This document shows, piece after piece, positions 13,820 to 26,009 of a DNA stretch of 64,000 bases. The stretch is from Dipteris shenzhenensis (taxonomy: Eukaryota). The notes under the pieces are model-generated. The model ran no database searches, was not told where the DNA came from, and saw only the letters and a program-made list of their open reading frames with translations. The number at the start of each line of letters is the position of its first letter. The stretch's first letter is position 1. The translations under genes were made by a program, and so were the position numbers. The stretch lies in the NCBI GenBank assembly GCA_047967505.1, contig CM106538.1. One strand, given 5' to 3'.

Positions 13820-14862
13820 TTGCATTTCTTCTTGTCCATGAGAGAATCTCATCCATAGTTGGTACTATCTATTGTCCTGCATTGGTTGGATTTGGACTCG
13901 CAACAACTGGCCTCACGTCCACCCCAGTAGCAGTGTCCCAAAGCACGTATGCGCTTAGGATGGTCTTCATCTTAAATTCCAAAGTGGATAGTTAGAGTCG
14001 TTCAACTTTCTGCTTTCGCCGAACGGTGGGATTTGCAGTCTTGCGGGCTAGGCCATCTCTCACAATCTGCTCGCAAACAGAAAACACACTACCAAATGTT
14101 CTTGCTAGAGTCCAGGCTCTGATACCATGTAAGAAAATAATACAATGTCTATGCTCAACAGATAACAGGATCTCGTACACAAGAGAGAAAGCAAGATAGT
14201 ATGGAGAATCAAAAATTTGATTACTATAGAACTGATACAATAGATGGCGCAGCCTCCCAACCATGCACTCCTGTGAAAGAAGCCTTGATGGTGTGCTGGA
14301 AACAGTAGAAGACAGAGTTTGGATGCTAAGGAATCAGGGTTGCTATAGCCAGTGATGAAATGGGCTTCACGGGCTTGCTCTTATATAGCCACCAGTCGTA
14401 GTCAGTTAGGCTCAATTGGGTGACTGGCCCAGTCCACCCCAAAACGATCGACTGGGAGTCGATCCCAAAATAGGCCACCGACCATACGATAGAACCGGTG
14501 TGCAAAACAGAGCAACTTACCTAGGGTCTCCATTCGACCGAGAGCCATCCGGGATCTCATCTGAGGGTCCAAACGGGCCCTGCAACCCGAGAGTGGGCTA
14601 TCCCGAGAAATGCTCCGTCTACCCTCAGTGCGGTCAGACAAGGGATGCCTTCCCGCACTTGCATGTAGCCTAGTTGGTGGTGTGCCAACTCTATCTGAAG
14701 CTGTCTAGCCATCAAGCCACACATGGCCCCCATCTAGTGTCCAAACCAGGACCTACCGGATAACCGAGGTACTCAAATGCCTTCTCCTCATATGGGGGGC
14801 TTACAAGTAGAGTTAGCTGGTTCCCACGTAGTTACACGAGAGTGGAGCATTGATATGTAATA
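13820..14862 (-). mobile_element. Truncated 5' end of a Copia element: 5' LTR (14128-14862), PBS and gag N-terminus
   Basis: PBS TGGTATCAGAGC (tRNA-iMet) at 14116-14127 directly abuts the LTR. Gag starts at ATG 14056 and reads ...KLNDSNYPLW / FKMKTILSAYVLWDTATG. Confidence 0.85.
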
Positions 14863-15231
14863 GCAACTTGTATCTACACAAGCTTAAAAAAAATAAGATT
14901 AAGAATAATAAATATTCAATAAAAAAGTAATTGCATGTTCAACGTTAGGATACTTACTTTTGCACACAGGTGGTCACATAATAAGCAGTGGTGGTCACCT
15001 AATAGGCCTCAAAAATCTGTATGCATAATCACTATTTGTGGCCCTAATAAAAACATGCCAAGGCCCCTATAGTCTGTATCCTAAGCAAATTTTAGAGATG
15101 GTGTGTGGACATTTTGCTAGCTCCTAATCTTGGTGAAATAATTTACACCACATAAGCAAATAAGGAAATAGTTTGGGCATACTATATATAGAATAGTGGG
15201 ACACTCCAAAAAGGTGGCAAAGATACTCACA

Positions 15232-18200
15232 TCATGTTGTTGTTGCACCTATAAACTTCTTTGTATACGGCATTCGCAGTACACATCCTATTTGATCCTT
15301 GATATTGGTCTCACACACATTGTGTTGAACAAATACCTTGATAGGATTCGATGATTGTACACGTGAGAAAGCCACATATAATTGCCCGTGACTAAACACT
15401 AGTGTTGCCAAGTATAATCCTAGAACAAACATTGTTTGACCCTGTGATTTGTTTATGGTCACCAAATGCTAGTCGACCAGGAAATTGCCTCCTTCTCATC
15501 TCAAAGGGAAGCTGCAAATCACTTGGAATAAATGTTAAAGATCATGTCCTCGATATTAGTTCCAATAATAATCTTTGCCTCTAGCACCTTTGCGTGAAAC
15601 TCTTTGCATATTAATTGAGTCCCATTGCACAAACCCTTTCGAGGATTCAAATTACGCAACAACATGATTGGGGCATTCCTGTTCAAAACCAGCCTATAAG
15701 ATGGGTACTCGCCACCAAGATCAAGACTGATTAGGTACTCCGTAGCATATAAAAATGAGTCTGCACCTAAATCATTTGTTGAATCTACACTCAAATACTC
15801 TGTGCCATTCTCAAGCATTGCATTCAATGCAGTACTATTGATTGCATCAACATCATGGTTTTGAGGTGCCAGGATAGCATGCCCCCGAAAATGTGTTGCA
15901 TAGTCCAGAATTCTTGGAAGGCCTCTATAAACCCATTCAATCAAGCCTTCCATGGGCTTTCTCTCCAAATGCATTTTTTCTAGAATTACAACCTCTTGCA
16001 TCCCTCTGTTTATTCCATTGCCTATGTCTAGAACCCATTATATGAAATCACACTCTGTTGAGTTGTCACCATTTTGAAGAACCCACATATTTTTTGTGAG
16101 CCGCTGCAAGACTTTTGTGTATCTCCAAATTTTTGAATGGCATAATGCAACATTGACAATGTCCTCTCAGCCTGCCTTTGGAACCACTGGCAATACCTAT
16201 CTAAAGTCTCCCCCCATCAGCACCACCTTTCCACCAAAAAGTTGATCGTTGGACATGATATCTTGCAACGTCCGGTCCAATGCTTCAAACACATAGTGAT
16301 GATTCATGCATGCCTCATCCCTTATTATTAGCTTGGCTACCTTCAAAACATCTGCAAGGTGGTTGTTAATCCTTATATTGCATGTGCTAATGGCATCTAG
16401 ATCCAATGGTATCTTGAAGCATGAGTGTATTGTGCAGCCATTTGCCAATAACAATGTTGCAATGCCAGAAGATGCACATGCTAAAGTAATATGTCCCTCA
16501 CTACACAGCCAAGATAGCAAACAATTATAGAGGAAGGTCTTTCTAGATCCTCCTAGGCCATCAAGAAAAAAACACCCCATCAACCTCTGCATATACTCTC
16601 ACCAAATTTTGGTCAAAGGCAGACTGCTGAGAATTATTTAAAGTTATTTTCATATCTCGAGCAATTTGTGCATGCTGCCAAGATCAAACATTATCTCTTC
16701 TTATAGTTAATGATTTACCAATTGAGAAAGGTTCTCTGTCCACCATAGGCAACCCATTAAAGTCTAATAACCTTCATCCATGCTATTGAAGATTGTGCTC
16801 TAGATGCAATAGGGACTCATTTACTGCTACCATTGCCCACCGATGATCAATTATATTATCCATATTTGATTCAAATGCATGGAAAAAATCATCCGAAAGT
16901 GCTGAAGAGAATTTTCCCCACAAAAGGCCAGGAGATGCAAGCTCACAAAAGACCAAGATTGTAATGATCAGGTGTCTCCATTGCACACTATTTTGATCGA
17001 ACGTAACCTCTTGCATACACACAAACCACTCCTCGTCACTTTCCAATAGTCTTCTAGCTATGCATGCTAACTTGAAAGAAGGATAAAGGTGTCTAGAAAA
17101 TGTGCGTAGGTCATCAAACAACTTACAACCCTTGCAAAAATTTAGTAACATATGCATGAAATATTGCTCGTTCTGGCAGAAAGAGAAACATTGTACATTC
17201 AACCGATGCTATTTCCCATCTTTCTTTTAGTCCATTTCTTACTCGGCTTGTTTTAAACCTAGCCACCTGGAAAGTCACCATAAAGTAGTCGTTTGCTTCA
17301 AGTTGTAACTCATTGCATTTGAACCATTCTATAAGAGTTGTTTTTCTATTTTGTTCCCTATCCACTATATTCTGCAAATCATTATCATCCCAAAATATTA
17401 CACTTTTCATCAGCATAGGAAGATGAACTTGTAGCCTTTGTACATCGGGCTTCTCATCATGCATGTCATACTCATAAATCTGCCGACATGCTTTTGATGC
17501 CGACACATAACGTGCATCTAAATACCTGTTGATCTCATCAATGACTCTATCATTTGAATTGTGTAATGCGAGTGCAATGCTCCTTGTCCGTTCATAGGAT
17601 TTGTCATTTGCATCCTGGGTTTTGCTCTATCATGACCTTTATATATGTATTTGTACAGATACTTAACGACTGTGATTGTGGAGCAAACTTCAATGTTGAT
17701 GTGGGCCTTTTACTTCATCGAAAGGAAAGGATTAAAAGGCATAGTCCAACGATTGTCTACCACACCCTCTTTCACTTGTATATGTCTACCATCATCCTGA
17801 CTCATGTAAATAGGATAACCATCATTACCCACAATAGTACATGGAGAGAAGGCCCATGGATAATGAGACGACTGCATTTACCTTGAATCATGCAAGTAGC
17901 AAAGGGATTCAATGCACCACAAGGGCCATGAATATTAGAATATTTAATGACTGCATGCAACTCTGAAAATAATGCCACATCAGGAAGCTCAACACATACC
18001 AATCAATCATAGTGAGTAACCTTTGTAGGTTTGAATGCACCTCTAAAATCAAGAGTATATGTGAGTATGGCAAACATCTCTTTTGAAATTCTAGCACACA
18101 AATGCAGCCAAACAAATTATCTTTTAGAATTGATTGCATCATGTCTTTGTGCTTTTGATAAAACACATGGGTTGTGAAATCTGGCCGATCCTGTGCACTT

Positions 18201-19330
18201 TGGCCTGGCAATAGAGCTTCAGATATTTCAAGCCATTTTGGTCTACAAGTGAATGTAATAAACAGATCAAGTTTTCCTCTTTTTCTCGCAATGGCCATTG
18301 CATCTTGATATAATTGACACACATATCATGGTCCTTCTGTAAAGGAATATGACAACACAACTCTACATCCTATAGCATTGCCCATTACACTATGTGCCCC
18401 ATCAAATGCATTCGCCACGTCTGTCAATCCTTGATAAACTTCTGCACACAAAGACACTTTATTGTTGCATATCCATATCAACCTAGATTCTTCTATGCTA
18501 TTGTATGCATCAACAATGTATTGTTGGAGCAATCTTCCTTCATGCAGAAGGCATGCATTTATATCTTCTCTCACTTGCAGACGGTATGCATAGTATTGCC
18601 TTTGTGTAATGCTCTTCTGTCTCTATATCTCGTGTAATGGCATGTGACCAATAACATCATCGTATGGCATGTGTACATGCCAGTCGTCCTCCCCTCGAGG
18701 AAATAGAAAAACATACATGAGTGGCATGTATGATTGATGCAAATTGGAAATTCTTTTGACAATACCATTGCGACTTAAAATTTGGATGTCTCAATTTCCA
18801 ACATCAAAGTCATCCCCTTGCCCTAGCATATGATAGCAGCAACCTCACTGGCCGTGGGAACAGGGTGGGAACTAAGTATTGTCTAGAGGTTGAGCGATTT
18901 TCACAAATCACCATCTTTAGGTCTACATATGGATTTCTTTTTAAAACTTCCCCACAACTAACAATGCACTAGCATATGGGTTGCAGGCATGCATCATTCT
19001 CTGCAACTCTTCCAAAATACCAGCATCCAATCCAAGTATCCCATTCAAATGGTTCTGTGATTCACATGCTCTAAGTCAAACACGTAAAGCTATGCAAAAA
19101 CGATGGTACACACTACCATGAACTCGGAAGTTGTGTTTACCTCTATTCCCTTAAGACATTCCGTCTATTTGAGCACCCAGTGAGACAAATGCCATCACAC
19201 TATTGTAAGCACTTATGTTCTTCACACTATTGTAAGCCCTTACGTTCTTCTTAAATGATTTACTCCTGGCATCATTGCCATGCAATCAAATCTTTAAAGT
19301 CACCTTTATCATAGACAATTGATCCTTCCC
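15232..19330 (-). pseudogene. Helitron RepHel (Rep plus PIF1 helicase) remnant
   Basis: Rep motifs LLQQYIVDAY, LFITFTC.PKW.EI, EFQKR.LP..HILL and HGPCG. Helicase motifs G.GGS.KTFLY, ASSGIA.LL, DEA, GDFR, MLLRNLNP..GLCNGT, TINKSQGQT and HGQLYVAFSRV. Heavily frameshifted. Confidence 0.92.
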
Positions 19331-19809
19331 TACCCCCCCCCTGAAGATTTTGCATGTGCTCATTTGTGGGCTTCACTCTATTCTAAATCCAGATAATCCT
19401 CTAATTGATAGTTTCATTGGTTGTGCCCATTCCCTCTCTTATTACTCCACTATTATCTGAATGAATTTCACCCCATAAGGAGTGTAGATATGTTGTGTTC
19501 AATGGCATCTAGTGGTGTGTTTGGTTGTACAGGTGGAAGATCTTGCCCTTCTGAGACATCATTGTTCACCTATGGACTTTATACATTGTGCAATATGGAG
19601 GATGACATGTACTTAGATGTTTTTTTGGTTCCATAGGTGGAAGATCCACCTCTTGCGAGTATTTTCACCATTTGAAGACATTATTGCTCATGGATGGTCG
19701 ACATCATGATATCAGGAATCACCTCTGTAACGTTTGGAACAATAATTGAATCCATATGTGTAACTATGCCCAAAATAGAATGTGTAAAAACATTTTTTTG
19801 TTTATCTAT

Positions 19810-20137
19810 TTAGATAGATAGATAGACAGACAAATATATAGACAAACAGACAGATAGACAAACAGACAGACAGACAGACAGATAGACAGATAGATAGATA
19901 GATAGATAGATAGACAGATAGGTAGATAGATAGGTAGATAGATAGACAGGTAGATAGATAGACAGATAGACAGATAGACATATAGATAGACAGATAGATA
20001 GATAGACAGACAGATAGATAGATAGATAAATAGATAGATGGACAGACAGACAGATAGACAGATATACATATAGATAGACGAACAGACAGATAGACAGATA
20101 GATAGACAGATAGACAGATAGACAGATCGACAGACAG

Positions 20138-20202
<65 letters not shown>
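19810..20202. repeat. Compound (GATA/GACA)n plus (GA)n microsatellite
   Basis: Directly visible. Confidence 0.95.
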
Positions 20203-20204
<2 letters not shown>

Positions 20205-20401
20205 TCCTCCTTCCTCTCTCTATTTGACTAAAGCCCTACTTGTAACTATATCCAAAATATTTGTGTAAAATATGTTTATGTTTGGAATGGTTACATGTGT
20301 GTTTATCTGTATGTGTGTGTAAGTATGTATGTATATCCTTCTTTTTCTTTATACATGTTTGATAGATAGATAGATAGATAGGTCATGTAACTGGGCATTC
20401 T

Positions 20402-21440
20402 GTTATTGTACTAACCACATACTTGTAGCCATATACATGCATGTATGTGAATATGCTATATAAACACAAATATATACAAATTGCATCCAACTTGATGGAA
20501 CATAATCATGAAATGTAAGCAAAAACATGTGTAGTACAGATGTGTGTGTAAAGCAAAGATGTATGCATATACCCGTGTAGCTACACATCAGGCATAAGAT
20601 TGTGTGTGTGCACGCGTGTGCACATTATTACAAAACAAAACAAAAAAACAAATAAACATTACCAACCTGATGATGCAATAAAGGATATAGATGAGAGATA
20701 CCACTGATGCAGATGGTTGGTGAGCTGCAACGATTACACGGGGGTGCCTACAATGAATAAATAAAATTTTATGGAAATATATACATCATAAGTAAACCTT
20801 TATACAATTATGCACATTATGAAGATTTAGGGAAAATATATATAATATCCTCAAAAGTGTATAAGTACATATAGTATGTATGTATGTATGTACACACCAA
20901 TCACACTTTCTCAAACCCTACACATGACAAGCACATGACCTTTGCTTAATCAGTAATTTGAACATCACTCAAGTGGGCTATTCAATGGTTATGGTAGCTC
21001 GTACCTCCCCCCAACCTTGCCCTCCTTGCTCCAAATGTTTAGAAACTACAATGTTTGTTTCAACCTTAATAATTACTCGGATACTAATCAATGAGTTCAT
21101 GGCCAATACATCTCACAAGCATATGCACACCCTATTCTTTTTTGTATTAACGTTTTTTTCTTCTTGTACTATTCTAAGTGTCTGAAGTTTCCCACACACA
21201 CAAAAAGAAGGGAGGCGACACTTGATCTTGAGGAGAAGCCATGAGGGAATATGATATATAGATAGCGCATGTAATAGGGCATTTTTTTATTGTACTAACC
21301 AAGCACCTATATGACTGCGTGTGTAGCCATATAAGTGCATGTATGTGAATATGATATATAAACACAAACGTATATGCATGGCATCTAACTTGATGAAACA
21401 TAATCATGAAATATAAGCATAAACATGTGTAGCACCTATG
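20402..21440. repeat. ~150-bp dispersed direct repeat pair (20402-20540 and 21286-21436)
   Basis: Both copies share ttattgtactaacc...catgtatgtgaatatg...cataatcatgaaat...aaacatgtgtag. Confidence 0.75.
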
Positions 21441-21754
21441 TATCTGCCTTGATGCCTTTTCCATACCTTGCCTTGACGCCTTTTCCATACCTTGTCTCCA
21501 ACTCTATTGTAAAAAAGTGTAGGTACAATCCAAACAAATAAAAAATAATTTAACTATTCCTCTGAATATAGGAGTGATACAGTAAATTCAAATATAGACT
21601 TGCAATATAGAAGCGATACAATGAATTCAAATACAGACTTGCAATTACTAAGTTTAGTTCAAAATTGGATGAATAAGTATTCATCTAGAATACACTCTTT
21701 GGATTCCACTCCCTCTATCCATGATGCAATTCTACTCTCCCACTCCCCAACATG

Positions 21755-23080
21755 TGGTATCAGAGCCTCCTTGACCTGCTTGAGCCTCTTACTTGAGCCT
21801 CTAGTCCATTCTAGCTCCCAAATGCCACCTCATCATCTTCTTCTCCACCCTCCATCCTCCACCCTCTTCTCCATTTTTGCCCTCTTTCTCTCCAAAACTT
21901 GCAGAGCTACATTCTCCATCCTCACACAACCATTTCCCTAGCCCTCTAAACTAAAGAATCCCCTTCCTAGGATGCACCTCTGACACCAAGCATTCCCCAA
22001 AATTTTATGTGTATAACCATGCCAACACTATCCCTATCCGATGAACTTTCATGAAATTCTTTGTGTTAGAGTTCAATTGTGGCAATTGCTTCAATCCATA
22101 GTAGGGTGATGCTATAAGGAGTTTGCTAAGATTTTGAGCTCAAATGGTATGGTGAGGATGGAGAAACAAGTGCAAAAGACCAATAAAAAACGCCGCAATT
22201 CTCACGAGTAATTTTGCACAAATTTTTTACAATCCTCCTAGGTGGACAATCTCTGGAATAAAACCTTCAAATGCACATTAAAAGCCCTCTTAGTTATGAT
22301 TCATAGTGTTTGAATTAAGGCCTCCAAGTTACTCTATTTGTAAACTACAATTTTGGGCATTTTTGGTTATTGGATGCTTGATGTAAGCTTAGAGATGACT
22401 CATTGATAGGAAAATTCTCAATTGAAAATGACTAGTTCTTGTTCCTCTTCAAATGCTTCATATGTGAAATTAAAGAACAAGAAACAAGCACCTAGATATG
22501 TCAATAGGAAGGTGACAAAACTTGTGAAGGAAAAGTCACATAAACCATTTTATTATTTTGATGCAAAAAGATTAGGATTTTTTGATTTTATGGCTTGCAA
22601 TATGCACTTGTATGGTTGAGACTCATAGCCATTTGTAAGAGAGAAGACACTGCCTAAACATAAAGGTTCTTAAGATCCTCTCATGGCCACCTTTAAGATG
22701 GACAAATTTAATGGCCAAGGATTCCATACTTGGCAAATGAAAATCAAATTTGTGCTTATGAAGGAGAATTTGTGGGATTTGGTCATGCCAGGGGATCAAT
22801 CATCACAAAAGGGTGAATCCACCACAGCTAAAGGTAAAGGGAAGGCAAGTGATTCTACTTCAACAACATTAGTAGATGCTAAAAGGTTAGAGAAAGCCTA
22901 TGCAAGATTTGGGATATGATTGTGTGCATCATATTTCAGATTTGGAATCTCCTTTAAATGAGGCTAGCTCTCATAATTCTAATTTGAAAAGTTCTTTGAA
23001 TTTAAGATGGATGGAGACTCATGTTAACACTATGAGGAGTTTTATGACACAATTGCAATCACAACAATGATCAAACTACT
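21755..23080 (+). mobile_element. Copia remnant: PBS, leader and gag N-terminus
   Basis: TGGTATCAGAGC at 21755-21766 after ...ccaaca. ORF 22683-22919 MATFKMDKFNGQGFHTWQMKIKFVLMKENLWDLV is a typical Copia gag start. Confidence 0.75.
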
Positions 23081-23118
23081 GACTAGGTAGTCTCTTCGTC
23101 AGCATATCTATAGGGTTA

Positions 23119-23250
23119 TCATCTGTATGAACCTTGATTAAGCTCTATGCGCTTGTCCTCAAGTACCTCCCTAATGAAATGGTACCTTAGCTCAATGTGT
23201 TTGGTCTGTGCATGAAAGACTGGATTTTGTGGTGCTAGCCGAATAAAGTC
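23119..23250 (-). pseudogene. Copia RNase H fragment
   Basis: QNPVFHAQTKHIELRYHFIREVLE. Confidence 0.8.
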
Positions 23251-23342
23251 AGAGCTCGAACTCTCTGATTTTGAAGACTCCTCCTTGACAACTTCCTTTT
23301 TGGGACTTCTTATCATTTCCCTGCAAAATCAATTCTCCAGTA

Positions 23343-24520
23343 TGTAAGAAAATATGTAAGAAAATAATACAACGTTTGTGCTCAACAGATAACCGGATCT
23401 CACATGCAAGAGAGAAAACAAGATAGTATGGAGAATCAAAATTTTAATTACTATAGAACTGATACAATAGATGGCGCTACCTCCCAACCGTGCGCTCCTA
23501 TGAAAGAAGCTTTGATGGCATGCTAAAAATAGTAGAAGATGGAGGTTGGATGCTAAGGAATCAGGGTTGCTATAGCCAGTGATGAAATGGGCTTCACGGG
23601 CTTGCTCTTATATAGCTACCAGTCATAGTCGGTTAGGCTCAATTGGATGACTGACCTAGTCCTCCCAAAACGGTTGACTGTGGGGCGACTAACCATACGA
23701 TAGAACCGGTGCGCAAAATAGAGCAACTAAGCTACAGACTCCGTTCGGCCCATCCGAGTTCATCTGAGGCTTCAAACGGGCCCCGCAACCTGAGAGTGGG
23801 CTACCCCGAGAAATGCTCCTTCTACCCTCAGTGCAGTCATTCAAGGGATACCTTCCCACACTTGCATGTAGCCTAATTGGTGGTGTGCCAACTCTATCTG
23901 AAGCCGTCCAGCCATCAAGCCACACATGGCCCCCATCTGGTGTCCAAACCAGGACCTATCGGATAACCGAGCTACTCAAATGCCTTCTCCTTATATGGGG
24001 GGCTTACAAGTAGAGTTAGTTGGTTCCCGCGTAGTTACATGAGAGTGGAGCATTGATATCTAACACCCCCCCTCAATGTCCACCCGCAAGTGAATTTACT
24101 TTTTTGGCCCAATGCCAAGTCGATGAAGATGCCTCTCCAGCAAGTCTCTTCCAAGAGCCTTCGTGAAGATGTCCGCAGCATTCTCTGTAGTCGGACAGTA
24201 CACGAAGTCAATTTCTCCATCCATGATGAGCTCGCATACAAAGTGATATTGAATCTCAATGTGTTTTGTGCGAGCGTGGAACACCGGGTTCTTTGCAATC
24301 GCTGATAACTTGTTCTACACTGCACCTATGTCCCCCAAAATCCTCCTCAACCACACTGCCTCACAAGAAGCAAAGCATGCAGATTTGTACTCGGCCTTGG
24401 TAGAAGAAAGAGCAACTGTGGGTTGCTTCTTGCTGACCCATGACACAACTCTAGAGTGAGAAACAATACCCTATCACTGATCTCTTACAGTCCATGTCTT
24501 CTGCCCAATCCGAGTCACAT
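23343..24520 (-). mobile_element. Truncated 3' end of a Copia element: RNase H, PPT and 3' LTR (23343/23355-24065)
   Basis: RNase H motifs SKKQPTVALSSTKAEY, FHARTKHIEIQYHF and ADIFTKAL. PPT TTGAGGGGGGG (24066-24076) abuts the LTR start TGTTAG on the minus strand. Confidence 0.88.
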
Positions 24521-26009
24521 AATTTATAGTTCATACCTATGGTATTTACAATGATCTATTCCACTCATCCTTTCAATCCCATATAATATCTTAGAAAATA
24601 GAAATAAGTGAGAGCCGCTAGGCTATCACTTGATACTCAAACTCTTATCAAACATAGAGAAAAACAATACCAATGCCAAATTAAAAATATCAATTTTTGG
24701 CATCACAATACAATCTATGTTGAGGCATGTGCAAAGTATCATGCCCATCGGAGATGCTTTGGATGGTTAAAACCACCACAAATGCCATTTTTCACCACAT
24801 GTTCTGAGTATCTGGGGTGTGTGATTCGAATGTGCTCATACTTGATGGGCACGATATTTTGCACACATTTTCTATAAGCTGGAATTTAAAAATTCTAACC
24901 GTATAGATAACTCTAGATGGATTATGACGATCGATTTGTGTACTTGGAGGGCTTTTTTGGGTCACATACCAAGAAGTTATGTTAAATTTTGGCCGAATTT
25001 ATCTAATTTCAAGATTGAAATATTACCCAAACCACTTTGAGGAAGCTCCTAAGTTCTGCTTTGGGTAAATACTCACCCTTAAAATTTGGGCAAATATTCA
25101 CCCCTAAAAATTTACCTTGGGGAGGGTTGGAAAGAAAGGGAATTAATGGAATGGAGGAGAGGGGAACAGAAAGGGAATTAATGGGATGGAGGAGAGGGGA
25201 ACAAAAGGAAGTACAGCCCTATTGGTAGGGAAGTAAGGAGGGGGGAGGGAGGTAAGGAAAGAGAGAGAAGTGGGAAGATAAGGGAGTGGAGGGGGGGAAG
25301 GAAGGCGAGGGGGGGAAGGGGAAGAGGGGGGAAGGGGAGGTGGGGGGGGAAGGTGGGGGAGGGGAGGTGGGAGGAGGGGGAGGAGGGTGGGGGGTCCAAA
25401 ATGGAGGTGAGGGGTGGTGGGTGGAGGTGAGGGGAGAAATAGGGTATCGAAATGGCCTCATAAGGAATGGATTCAAAAATGGATTACTCCTAATTAAAGG
25501 GTATTGGTAGGGCCCAAAATGTCCTAAACCCCCCTCGCCTACGTGGGCTAAGCCCACAAGTGCCTCTTACACCTTTTACACAAGTGTTACTCATAGGTGG
25601 GAACCATAATTCAAAACTCAGAATTCAAATTTTTAATTCCATCCCTCCTTCTCTCTCCTCCCTCCCTCCCTCCCCCCCGTCCCCCTCCTTACTCCCTCCT
25701 CCCCCTCCCTCCCCCTCCCCCTCCCCCCCTCCTCCATGCCTGCTCCTCCTCCCCTCCCCCTCCCCCCTCCTCCATGTCTGCTCTCCTCCCACCTCCCTCT
25801 TGCTCCTCCCTCCTCCACACCTACTCCTCCTCACCCTCCACACTTGCTAGTCCTCCCCCCTTCCCTCCTCCATGCCTATTGGTCCTCCCTCTCCATCCTT
25901 CCTCTTCAACTATTGGTTCTCCCTCCTCCTCCTTGTCCTCCCTATCCCTATGTGCTACTCCTTCAAGCTTGCTTCTCCACACCTTCTCCTTCTCTACACT
26001 CCTTTACTC

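Noticed and set aside
14128-14805. Apparent shorter LTR with perfect TGTAAG...CTTACA ends nested in the family A LTR
   Set aside because: All copies continue about 57 bp further, and the PPT at 24066 abuts the outer end, so CTTACA is internal.
14870-15230. Helitron 3' hairpin and CTRR terminus
   Set aside because: No convincing GC-rich hairpin found, so the element ends were left undefined.
14128-24065. LTRs at 14128 and 23343 as the two ends of one element
   Set aside because: The PBS and gag lie left of the first LTR and the PPT and RNase H lie right of the second. The internal domains face outward, so these are different insertions.
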